A stretch of DNA of 21,878 bases from Acidobacteriota bacterium (GCA_049967655.1 JBMFSH010000038.1:1-21878), one strand, 5' to 3'; shown: positions 1 to 8,311, numbered from the stretch's first letter. Notes: generated by a model from the sequence alone, not told the origin. Numbers and translations: made by a program.

Positions 1-125
1 TCGGGCTTCGCTCGCGGTTCGGGGCGGCAAGGCCATGGCCCTCCCCGTCCAGGAGACAACGCCTTTCCCCCGTGAACCCGAGCGGTAACCGGAGGCACCC
101 GCGTTTCTATCGCGGAATTTGGGTG

Positions 126-134
126 TGCTAGGAT
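126..134 (+). promoter_or_regulatory. Putative extended -10 promoter (TGcTAGGAT) for the ORF at 156
   Basis: TG-n-TAnnnT pattern about 20 nt upstream of the ATG; no clear -35. Confidence 0.3.
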
Positions 135-155
135 GCTAGGCAGGGGAGCGGGACC

Positions 156-497
156 ATGGGATACGCGCTGGACCAGGCCGCCGAGCATCTCATCCACGCC
201 CTGTGTGAGGCGGTGGTTCTCAAGCGGCGCCTTGCCCCGCCGCCGGATTCCAGGGAGGCCATCATCTGCCACGACCTCATCGAAGATCTCGCCGCCGGCC
301 TGGGCCACCACTGCGGGATCAGCGACCAGAGGGTCGAGGGAAGCGAGGCCCTCGGGCGCTTCATCTGGAACGTCCTGCGCTGCAGCGAGACATGGCACAT
401 CGCCAGGGTCTTCCAGAAGACCCCCGGCATGGAGGCCTACCTCATGGCCCCCTACTTCAGTGCCGGAGACCTCCAGAAGGCGAGGGGATCCCCTTAG
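156..497 (+). CDS. Hypothetical protein, 113 aa, His/Cys-rich
   Basis: Purine-rich RBS (GGGGAGCGGGACC-ATG), G/C-ending codons, protein-like composition; no recognised family. Confidence 0.65.
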   Translation: MGYALDQAAEHLIHALCEAVVLKRRLAPPPDSREAIICHDLIEDLAAGLGHHCGISDQRVEGSEALGRFIWNVLRCSETWHIARVFQKTPGMEAYLMAPYFSAGDLQKARGSP

Positions 498-542
498 TTC
501 CGGACCAATTCGTGGTCTATGGCACGCGCGGCTTGCGGTGCC

Positions 543-1607
543 TCAGCCGCCGGCTCCGAGCTGCGGCGGCGGAACCCTCTTCAGATCGCAGAATCCCACC
601 ATCCTCTGGCTGGCCTCGTCCCAGAGGTGAAGCCGCAGGGATTCCAAGCTCCGCCACAGCGTCAGCGGCTCGACGCCCTGCAGCGCGGGGAATGCGTCGA
701 GGCACCGCTGGAGGTTGTAGTTCGGAATGCGCGGCCGGATGTGGTGGACGTGGTGCAGGCCGATGTTCCCGCTGAACCACTGGAGGACCTTGGGCAGCTT
801 GTAGAAGGAGCTTCCCTGTAGCGCCGCCTGCAGTGGGTCCCAGGCCTCATGGCGGGCCCAGTAGTTCTTCTCGAACTGGTGCTGGACGTAGAAGAGCCAG
901 ATGCCCCCCGCGCCGCCCATGAGGAGGATGGGCATCTGGATGAGGAGGTAGGTCCTCAGTCCGATGGTCCAGGTGGCCGCGCCCGCGATGGCCACGAGGA
1001 GTAGGTTCGTGAGCAGAACGCTGGTGCGCTCGGGCCGCTTCGCGCCTTTGGGAAAGAAGCGGAACGAGATGAGAAACACCCAAACCGGTCCCAGCACGAA
1101 CATGACCAGGGGGTGCCGGTAGGCTCGGTAGCGCAGCCGCCTCAGCAGCGGAGCCGATCGGTACTCCTCCACCGTCATCGTGGTCACGTCGCCGACGCCG
1201 CGGCGGTCCAGATCGCCCGCGGTGGCGTGGTGGGCGTTGTGGGCTAGCCGCCAATCCTTGAAGGGAGTGAAGGTCAGCACTCCGGCCACGGTGCCCAGGA
1301 CGGAATTGGCCCGCCGGGACCGAAAGAAGGAGCCGTGACAGCAGTCGTGGAAAATGATGAAGATGCGCACCTGCAGGCCCGCCGCCACCAGGGACAGCAG
1401 CAGGACGATCCCGTAGGGGGCCCCCCGCCGGACGAGCAGGACCATCACTGCCCACAGGGCAAGGTAGGGCACGAAGGTGTCGAGCATCTGCCAGAGCGCT
1501 CTTCTCAGGCTCGGCAGCTCGTAGCGGGACATGGCCCTGAACCACTCGGGCTTGGCCGAGCGGCCCCCTTGGGCCTGCGAGGAGGCTGAACTATCGGAAT
1601 ACACCAT
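543..1607 (-). CDS. des: Membrane acyl-lipid (fatty acid) desaturase, Bacillus Des/DesA-like
   Basis: Three His boxes (HDCCH, HNAHH, HHVHH), a QHQFE motif, hydrophobic segments and an AGGAG RBS. Confidence 0.92.
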   Translation of the reverse strand: MVYSDSSASSQAQGGRSAKPEWFRAMSRYELPSLRRALWQMLDTFVPYLALWAVMVLLVRRGAPYGIVLLLSLVAAGLQVRIFIIFHDCCHGSFFRSRRANSVLGTVAGVLTFTPFKDWRLAHNAHHATAGDLDRRGVGDVTTMTVEEYRSAPLLRRLRYRAYRHPLVMFVLGPVWVFLISFRFFPKGAKRPERTSVLLTNLLLVAIAGAATWTIGLRTYLLIQMPILLMGGAGGIWLFYVQHQFEKNYWARHEAWDPLQAALQGSSFYKLPKVLQWFSGNIGLHHVHHIRPRIPNYNLQRCLDAFPALQGVEPLTLWRSLESLRLHLWDEASQRMVGFCDLKRVPPPQLGAGG

Positions 1608-1875
1608 GATTATCTCCTGACCATTCCCTCGCGCTCCCTCGTTGAAATGGTGAAGCTCGGTGGGTGGCGCATCATAATGAGCAACAATGCCATGGGGGCC
1701 ATGTATTCCCCGCGCGCCCCATCAATCTCGCGGGGAGCCAACGCCGATGGTGCAGCCGCGGCGCGTCAGCGCTGCTGGGCAGCGCCCAGGCCGACCTTCC
1801 ACCGGGAGCACCTCGGTTCGCGGGGAGAGGCCGGCCCGGGAACCTCCACTTTGCTCTGTCGCAGAGGAGGAGCGC

Positions 1876-2322
1876 CTACCGCGGCGGGCCCTGCCTGGGC
1901 CAGAGGGGGACGCCGGTGGCCGGGTCCCGCAGCTTCAAGACCGCTCCGCCCTTGGTCACCTGCGCTGCGACCATCATCTCCCGGCCCTGCATGGCCATCT
2001 TCGATCCCTTGATGCTGACCTCGTCCCCAGGGGTCAGCTTGACGGTCTGTTGGTCCAGGTAGGCGGAGGGCCCGAGGTGGACGAGCAGGGTCCCTTCCGC
2101 CGTCTTCAGCTCCAGCACGACGAAGCTGCGGTCTCTGAACTGCCGCTTCTCGATGGTCTGGACCGTTCCCGTCACGGTCTGCACCGTGTCCGTGTCGTAC
2201 ATCAGGCGAGGCCCGCCGCGGCCGCCGCGGCCGCCCATGCCGCCGCCCCACTGGGCCCACGCGCCGAGCCCGCACAGAAGCCAGCCCACCACCGCCGTCG
2301 CTACAATGACTTTTCGATTCAT
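1876..2322 (-). CDS. Exported OB-fold-like protein (MamS/MamX-like domain)
   Basis: Start moved to MNRKVIV (RBS GGAAGGAG); signal peptide ending AWA; Gly-rich linker; motifs VHLGP, GDEVSIKGS and LRD..G.PLW. Confidence 0.75.
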   Translation of the reverse strand: MNRKVIVATAVVGWLLCGLGAWAQWGGGMGGRGGRGGPRLMYDTDTVQTVTGTVQTIEKRQFRDRSFVVLELKTAEGTLLVHLGPSAYLDQQTVKLTPGDEVSIKGSKMAMQGREMMVAAQVTKGGAVLKLRDPATGVPLWPRQGPPR

Positions 2323-2417
2323 GCTCGCTCTCCTTCCCTCGAACGCCCCGTGACGCTCCCCTGCGGAGCAGTCGCAGGAAGCCATGGACAGCGCGGAAGG
2401 GCAAAAGGATTAACGGA

Positions 2418-2475
2418 TGGGCTCTCCGCAAGCCGCGATTGGCTTTCCGCAGAGTGTGTTTGGTTTACCGCAGAG
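2418..2475. repeat. Three imperfect direct repeats at a 21-bp period (candidate operator array)
   Basis: TGGGCTCTCCGCAAGC (2418), TTGGCTTTCCGCAGAG (2439), TTGGTTTACCGCAGAG (2460). Confidence 0.65.
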
Positions 2476-2490
2476 GGCTTTTGGCCTCGG

Positions 2491-2967
2491 TCAGCCCAGC
2501 TTTTTCTCGAAGCAGGCGCTGAGGGGCCGCTGGGCGTACTTGCCGTAGCGGGGGATCCGGTTGTAGCTGCACTTCACAAAGAGGTGGATGGCTTCGGGCT
2601 CCCGAAGCCCCGTCACGAGCCGCACGGTGTGATAGCCCAGCGCCGCCGCCTTCTCCTCGGCCTTGCGGAGGAGTTCGTAAGAGAGCTTGCGGCCCCTGGC
2701 TTCGGGGCGCACGTAGAGGTGGCCGGCCTCGGCCACGCCCGCCTCGTCTCCCTCGAAGGGGCCGAGGGCGATGGTGCCCACGGCCTTCCCGTCCAGCCTG
2801 GCCACCAGGAAAGCGCTGCGGGCCTGGCGCGCCGCCTCGGCGGACCAGGGCTTGGGTCCCTCATCCCCGTACCGGTTCTTGAGCTCCTGCGTGAACTCGG
2901 CGATGAGGAGCTGGGCCTCCTGAGAAGCCGCATCCTCACTGTTCACCACCACCTGAGCGTCGGCCAT
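2491..2967 (-). CDS. GNAT family N-acetyltransferase
   Basis: Motif A LYVRPEARGRKLS, plus VRLVTG and AIHLF..CSY; start moved to MADAQ after RBS AGGAGAGG. Confidence 0.88.
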   Translation of the reverse strand: MADAQVVVNSEDAASQEAQLLIAEFTQELKNRYGDEGPKPWSAEAARQARSAFLVARLDGKAVGTIALGPFEGDEAGVAEAGHLYVRPEARGRKLSYELLRKAEEKAAALGYHTVRLVTGLREPEAIHLFVKCSYNRIPRYGKYAQRPLSACFEKKLG

Positions 2968-3151
2968 GGCCACCTCTCCTACAAACACCCCCGATTACAA
3001 ACGGCACCCCCCGGAGCTTGGAACGCCTCCAGCCTAGGCCCTGCCGCCCGAGAATGCAAGGGCACAGGCGCGAGCCCGGAAGGAAAGCGCCACTCCAGTG
3101 CGGCTACGAGTGGGTTCCCCCCTCGCCTCTGCCGGATGGGGTCCGGTGCGC

Positions 3152-3889
3152 TTAGTCCTTGGCGCGTCCCCCGAAGGGGTCGCGGGTGGGAGCGATGAGG
3201 ATCTCCTCGACGCAGGCGATGGCGGGCTGGTCGATGGCGGCCAGGGCCGCCTCGGCCACCATCTCGGCCGACATCATCTTGTCCAGGGGAAGGGCCGCCT
3301 TGCCCCGGAGGGGCTCCCAGGCGTGCGTGGCCGTGGGCCCGGGCAGCAGGGCGGTGACGCGGATGCCCCGCTCGCGCACCTCCTCGCGCAGCGCGGCCAG
3401 AAACCCCATGAGGCCCCACTTGCTGGCGCAGTAGGCCGTCTCGCCAGGGAAGCCTTTGCGGGCCGCCACGCTGGAGACGGCCACGATGTGGCCTCCCCCC
3501 TGCTTGGTGAAGTGGGGGAGCAGGGCGCGGCTCAGGAAGAAGAGGGAGGTGAGGTTGGTGTCCATCACCGAGCGGAACTCCTCGGTGGAGGAGTCCTCCA
3601 GTCGCGTGACGCGGAAGATGCCCGCGGAGTGGACGAGCACGTCCACGGCGCCGAAGGTCCTGAGCGCCTCGGCCACTACCTTCTGGGCCTCCTGCTCGCG
3701 CGTGAGGTCGCCGGCGATGGCCACCACGCGCTGGCCGCGCTTGGCCATCTCGCGCTCCATAGTCTGGAGCCGCTTGGCGTTGCGGCCGGTCAGCACCACC
3801 GTGTGGCGTTCCTGGGCGAGCCGGCGGGCGATGGCCTCGCCGATGCCCGAGGTGGCTCCCGTCACCAGTGCTATTTTTTTGTTGTCCAT
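3152..3889 (-). CDS. Short-chain dehydrogenase/reductase (classical SDR)
   Basis: TGATSGIG Rossmann motif, HSAG (NAG variant), catalytic Ser and YCASK; start moved to MDNKK after RBS AAGGAGG. Confidence 0.92.
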   Translation of the reverse strand: MDNKKIALVTGATSGIGEAIARRLAQERHTVVLTGRNAKRLQTMEREMAKRGQRVVAIAGDLTREQEAQKVVAEALRTFGAVDVLVHSAGIFRVTRLEDSSTEEFRSVMDTNLTSLFFLSRALLPHFTKQGGGHIVAVSSVAARKGFPGETAYCASKWGLMGFLAALREEVRERGIRVTALLPGPTATHAWEPLRGKAALPLDKMMSAEMVAEAALAAIDQPAIACVEEILIAPTRDPFGGRAKD

Positions 3890-3990
3890 CTGCTCGCCTC
3901 CTTGCGCAGCGCCGCTCCTGACTCCGCAACCCCGGCCACCGATTGTAACCCGGTCGGAGTGCAGGTAACAGTTTCCGGACCCCAAAGACG

Positions 3991-4016
3991 GAAAGGGCGG
4001 GCCGCAAGGCCCGCCC
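3991..4016 (-). terminator. Intrinsic terminator downstream of the fadL-SGNH pair
   Basis: 9-bp stem GGGCGGGCC-TTGC-GGCCCGCCC followed by a short U-tract (TTTCCGTCTTT) on the minus strand, about 30 nt after the SGNH stop. Confidence 0.65.
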
Positions 4017-4043
4017 TCCGAAGAGCTGCACCACTCTCGGGGA

Positions 4044-5291
4044 CTAGCGCTTCATCCAGTGGTCCACGATGGGGGCCAGGCTGCCGGTGGGAGCACCCAA
4101 GGGCAGCACGGGCTTCGCCGAAGGGAAGCCGAGAGAATCGGACAGGTTCACCTTGGTTAGGTTCACCGGTTTGATGCTCGTGTGGTAGAAGGCGTTCACG
4201 GTCTTGATCGCCTCGTTGGCCAGGATGGCGTAGCCGGTGGCGGTCGGGTGGACGCCGTCCAGGCCGAAGAGGCCGCCCAGGTAGGCGGTGGTCAGCTTCG
4301 TTCCGTCAGGAAGCTTGTAACCGTGCTTCTTGGCCTTGTTCAGGAAGGCGTGGAAGTCGAAGACGGGGAAGCCGAAATGCGCCGCCGTTTGGGCGATGAC
4401 GGCGTTGTCCGCGTCCACAATGGCCTGGAGCTTGGGCACATCGGAGGCGTAGAGGACCTCGCCGGGACCCAGGGGGCCAGGTGCTGTGCCAGCCAGAATA
4501 GCGTGAATGTGTTGGTGGCTGTAAGGAGTGACGTAATCCTTGGGGCCGATGCCGAGGGGGGCCAGCGGGATGCCCATGGCGGCCAGGGCCGAACCCTTCG
4601 TGAGGGCCGGCACCACGGTCACGTCTGGGATGTTGAAGATGAGCATCTTGGCGCCCGTTTGCGCCATGGAGCCCACGATGGCGGGAAAGACCTGCGCGAA
4701 GACGGAGGGCGGCACGGTGTAGTTCGGATTGCCCGTGAGGGCTCCGCCCAGCACGTCGTTGGCGCCGATCCAGAGCAGCACGAAGGTGGGCTGGAGAGTT
4801 GCCGCAAGGCCCACCTGACTCTTGGGCGTCTGGCCCTGGAGATAGACCGAGGGGAAGCCGAGGATGATGTCGGTGATGCTGGAGGGGGGGATCTGGGGCA
4901 CCTTCGTAAGGCAGTCCACGGAGGTTTGCCCGGGTACCGCCAGGTCGGTGGGCTGGCTCGTGGGATTCAGGAGCGTGCCCATCTGAGTCGACACCTCTCC
5001 TACCATGGGGAAGCCCGTCAGGGCGTCAAAGCCCTTGAGTTTCAGGGCAGGTGGCATGCCGGGGTAGGAGATGAGGGGAAGGGTCATGGGATGGCCCGCC
5101 TGCTGGGCGAACCGCGCGGCCCACCCGACGTCTTGACCATACTGGTTGAGGGAGCCGTTGTAGTACCCCGCCGTAAGGCTGTCGCCGAGGGCGACGATGC
5201 GGCTGAAGTCGGGCGCGGTGCCCTGGGCGAAGACGGACCCCGCGATCAGGAGGCCCGCCGCGATGATCCCAAGAACTCTGCGAAGGCTCAT
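4044..5291 (-). CDS. Secreted SGNH/GDSL hydrolase (lipase/acylhydrolase)
   Basis: Signal peptide; blocks GDSL, AVPG, WIGAND and DGVHP; RBS AAGGAGGAG. Confidence 0.9.
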   Translation of the reverse strand: MSLRRVLGIIAAGLLIAGSVFAQGTAPDFSRIVALGDSLTAGYYNGSLNQYGQDVGWAARFAQQAGHPMTLPLISYPGMPPALKLKGFDALTGFPMVGEVSTQMGTLLNPTSQPTDLAVPGQTSVDCLTKVPQIPPSSITDIILGFPSVYLQGQTPKSQVGLAATLQPTFVLLWIGANDVLGGALTGNPNYTVPPSVFAQVFPAIVGSMAQTGAKMLIFNIPDVTVVPALTKGSALAAMGIPLAPLGIGPKDYVTPYSHQHIHAILAGTAPGPLGPGEVLYASDVPKLQAIVDADNAVIAQTAAHFGFPVFDFHAFLNKAKKHGYKLPDGTKLTTAYLGGLFGLDGVHPTATGYAILANEAIKTVNAFYHTSIKPVNLTKVNLSDSLGFPSAKPVLPLGAPTGSLAPIVDHWMKR

Positions 5292-5304
5292 GTCAGGCTC
5301 CTCC

Positions 5305-6570
5305 TTAGAACTTGTAGGTGACGCTGAAGCCGCCGATGCCGACGTACATGTCGTGGTAGCTGCCAGGGACGTAGGGGGTGGTCAGAGGCACGTTCTGGTT
5401 GTGGAGGCTCACGTACATCAGGAAAGAGTCGACGGCCCAGGGCCCGCGATGGTAAGAGACGCCGCCCGATACACCGATTCGGTTGCTGTCGGGCAGCTTG
5501 GGATTGACGAACTGAGAGGGGATGGCGCTGGCATCGTAAAACGCACCGGCATTGAGGAGCCAACGGTCGGTGAGCTTGTATTGGTAGCCCAGCATGAACT
5601 TCCAGGCGTTTTTCCAGTTGTCGGGCTGGACCTGGTTCTGGGCCTTGCCGTAGGGCGGGTTGAAGAAGAGGGCTGTCTTGTTGCGGATGTCCCACTGGAC
5701 CCATCCGGCGTCGAATTCAAGGCTCCACTTGGGGGCGAGGTACACCACACCGGCGCGGTAGGAATTGGGAAGGGGGAGCTGGAGGCTCGCCTCGGCGTAG
5801 GCTGGAAAGAGGCTTTGGAACTTCGTAGGGATTCGGTAGAAGGTCACGGGGCCCGTCTCGCTCCGCAGCACCTTGCTGTGAAACTGGAAGCCCACCTGCC
5901 AGTGGTCGTTGAGCTTGCCCAGGAGGCCTACGCCCCAAGACTTGCCGTTGTAATCATCGAGGTTGGCCACGGCCATGCCGGGAGCGGGCGTGTAGGTGTA
6001 GGGAGGCTTGTTGATGGGGATGGCCGGGAAGAAGAGGCGCGTCCGCTGGTAGAGCTCGGAGCGCACGTTGCTCACGCTGAACCCCAGGCCCCACTTTGGG
6101 CTCAATTGGAAGGAGAGCGCGGCCGTGTAGTAGACGGCCTTGTCCAGAGTCCGCTCTGCCAGTGCGGCACCCGGCCAGTTGGAGGTCCACTCGGTGGCGA
6201 CGGCGTGCGGGGCGTTAACGCCGAAGCCCAAGGTCACGGGCTGGTTTGGAATCTTGTACGCCAGGTAGAAGTATCCATCGCCGTAGTTCTTGGTGGCCGG
6301 GTCGGAGCTGCCGATGCCGTTCGGCCCGCTCCACTGGCCGTGGTTGTGATAGACCATGCCGCCCACCATCACGCTCGTGGGCTGGAAGGCTAGGCCGCCC
6401 AGATTGAAGTAGAGGGCGCTGGGGTCGTTGGCCTGAGCGGTGAAAGCAGTCCCCTGGGCTGCGGCCAATGCTCCCTGCTCCTCCAGCAGCGTGCCCGAGG
6501 CCCACAGGCCCGTGGTGAGGCCGAGCGCCGCCGCCGCCAGCAACCATTTCATACTCCTCGCTTTTTCCAT
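5305..6570 (-). CDS. fadL: OmpP1/FadL family outer-membrane transporter for hydrophobic compounds
   Basis: Signal peptide, hatch motif ANDPSALYFNLGGL, P.LPDSNR motif, C-terminal YKF; start moved to MEKARS (RBS GGAGG). Confidence 0.85.
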   Translation of the reverse strand: MEKARSMKWLLAAAALGLTTGLWASGTLLEEQGALAAAQGTAFTAQANDPSALYFNLGGLAFQPTSVMVGGMVYHNHGQWSGPNGIGSSDPATKNYGDGYFYLAYKIPNQPVTLGFGVNAPHAVATEWTSNWPGAALAERTLDKAVYYTAALSFQLSPKWGLGFSVSNVRSELYQRTRLFFPAIPINKPPYTYTPAPGMAVANLDDYNGKSWGVGLLGKLNDHWQVGFQFHSKVLRSETGPVTFYRIPTKFQSLFPAYAEASLQLPLPNSYRAGVVYLAPKWSLEFDAGWVQWDIRNKTALFFNPPYGKAQNQVQPDNWKNAWKFMLGYQYKLTDRWLLNAGAFYDASAIPSQFVNPKLPDSNRIGVSGGVSYHRGPWAVDSFLMYVSLHNQNVPLTTPYVPGSYHDMYVGIGGFSVTYKF

Positions 6571-6721
6571 TGGCACCTCCTGGAATCCGTCCACCAACTC
6601 CCAAATGATCGAACAGAACGTACTCAGCCTACACCAACGCGCTGCGAAAGGACAGGGTCGGCTGGACCCTCGGCGCAGTGAAACGTTCCAGTGACCCTCG
6701 AAGCGGTTCCCCCTGGCCATG

Positions 6722-6750
6722 AGAGTAATGTCCGAGTCGGGGGGTGTCAA
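6722..6750 (-). promoter_or_regulatory. Sigma70-type promoter for fadL-SGNH
   Basis: TTGACA-N17-TACTCT on the minus strand. Confidence 0.7.
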
Positions 6751-6982
6751 GGGGCCCTGGCCCAGGGAAAGCCCTCACCTGAAGGTGCAGGATCCCTTCT
6801 CGGTCACCGCGGGTCAATGAGGATGGGCCTTCAGGAGGCTGGTCCCCATGGGAGGTCCGCCCCTCCTCAACGCCATCGGCACTGCTCGGCCGTGCTCCGG
6901 CGCCGTTCATGAGGTCGGGCGGGCCGCGTAGGGACCCGGACATTCACCGGCCCATTCGGCCGGTCGCCGGGGGGGATGGGCA

Positions 6983-7011
6983 TTGCGGCGCTTCGTTGCC
7001 GAATGCTACAC
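6983..7011 (+). promoter_or_regulatory. Sigma70-type promoter for the ald-like operon
   Basis: TTGCGG-N17-TACACT with an extended -10 TG. Confidence 0.55.
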
Positions 7012-7183
7012 TAAACACAGAAAAGGGGGACCTTTGCAGCGAAGGTCTTCGAGGCATGTCCCCTGAGCATCGCGGCGGAGGGGCTGGGGACCTTCAGAGT
7101 GACCATGCTCTCCAGATGGAGCCCGGCAACTCGCGATCACGGTGCCGGGAAGGGAAAAATGGGCCTTGCCGAGGGGGTGAGCC

Positions 7184-8308
7184 ATGCGTTTCGGTGTTCC
7201 CAAGGAATGCGCGATTCAGCCGAACTGTGACGAACGCCGGGTGGGGCTTTCGCCCGCCGGCTGCCGGGATCTGGTGGCCATGGGGGCCGAGCTGTACATC
7301 GAGAGCGGCGCGGGAGTGGCGGCGGGCTTTCTGGACGAGGCCTACCGAAGGGTGGGGGCCCAAGTGGTCTACTCCCGGGAGGAGGTCTTCGGCCGCTCAG
7401 ACATGGTGGTGAAGATCGGGAGGCCCACGATGGAGGACCTGGAGCTCATGTCTTCGGGCTCCGGCATCATGGCCTTCCTCCATTTGGCCCTGGCCGGCGA
7501 CGCCTACACGGCGAAGCTCGCGGAGCGCGGCGTGACGGCCATCGGATACGAAATCATCCAGGAGGGTGATGGGACGCTGCCCGTCCTCAAGATCTCCTCC
7601 GAGATCGCGGGCAAGATGGCCCCCCAGATCGCCGGCAGGCTTCTGGAGACCGGGGCCGGCGGCATGGGCATCCTGCTGGGTGGAGCCCCGGGCATTCCTC
7701 CGGCGGACGTGGTGATCGTGGGAGCCGGAGTGCTGGGCTACCACGCGGCGCGCTCCTTCCTGGGGCTGGGGTGCTCCGTTTACGTCTTGGATATTTCGCA
7801 GATCAAGCTGGAGGCCGTCGACCGCGCCTTCGAGGGGCGGGTGGTGACGGCTCACGCCACGACCGAGAACGTGGAGAAGTTCTCCGCCTTCGCCGAGGTC
7901 CTGGTGGGGGCGGTTCTCGTGCCGGGCGAGATCGCCCCCATCATCGTGACCCGCGAGATGGTCCAGCGCATGCGGCCGGGCAGCGTGATCATCGACTTCT
8001 CCTTCGACCAGGGGGGCTGCGTGGAGACCACGCGCATGCAGGGTCCGGCCGGCGGCGTCTTCGTGCGCGAGGGGGTCCTCCACTTCGCCGTGCCCAACTG
8101 CCCCTCCTACGTGGCGAGGACCTCCACCTACGCCTTGACTTACGCCCTGCTGCCCTTCCTCAAGAGCATGCAGGAGAAGGGAGTCAAGGAGGCGCTCCGG
8201 ACCTGGGCCGACCTGCGCCGCGGCTGTTACGTCTACGAAGGCAACGCGGTGAGCCGCCACGTCACGAGCAGTCCCGCCGACCTGAAGCAACTGCTGGGGG
8301 AGGGCTGA
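7184..8308 (+). CDS. ald: Alanine dehydrogenase family protein (AlaDH/PNT fold), divergent active site
   Basis: Motifs GVPKE..ERRV, FLHLA, SEIAG, GAGVLG, GAVLVPG, DFSFDQGGC.ET and VPN.P; the usual KVKEP reads KIGRP. Confidence 0.85.
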   Translation: MRFGVPKECAIQPNCDERRVGLSPAGCRDLVAMGAELYIESGAGVAAGFLDEAYRRVGAQVVYSREEVFGRSDMVVKIGRPTMEDLELMSSGSGIMAFLHLALAGDAYTAKLAERGVTAIGYEIIQEGDGTLPVLKISSEIAGKMAPQIAGRLLETGAGGMGILLGGAPGIPPADVVIVGAGVLGYHAARSFLGLGCSVYVLDISQIKLEAVDRAFEGRVVTAHATTENVEKFSAFAEVLVGAVLVPGEIAPIIVTREMVQRMRPGSVIIDFSFDQGGCVETTRMQGPAGGVFVREGVLHFAVPNCPSYVARTSTYALTYALLPFLKSMQEKGVKEALRTWADLRRGCYVYEGNAVSRHVTSSPADLKQLLGEG

Positions 8309-8311
8309 GCC

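Noticed and set aside
1..125. Partial gene or structured RNA at the left edge
   Set aside because: A plus-frame end (TAA at 86-88) and a minus-strand start (ATG at 36) are both possible; there is too little sequence to decide.
2418..2475. CRISPR or iteron interpretation of the 21-bp repeats
   Set aside because: The units are short and degenerate with about 5-nt gaps; no cas or rep gene is nearby.
1687..3198. 503-aa plus-strand ORF and similar long antisense ORFs (e.g. 4182..5321, 5197..6393, 10529..12064, 12291..13595, 18373..19788)
   Set aside because: They overlap confidently identified genes on the opposite strand and have no recognisable domains.
6571..6750. 60-aa N-terminal extension of FadL in the ORF track
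   Set aside because: The TTG 'start' is the TTGACA -35 box; the signal peptide and GGAGG RBS support the start at 6570.
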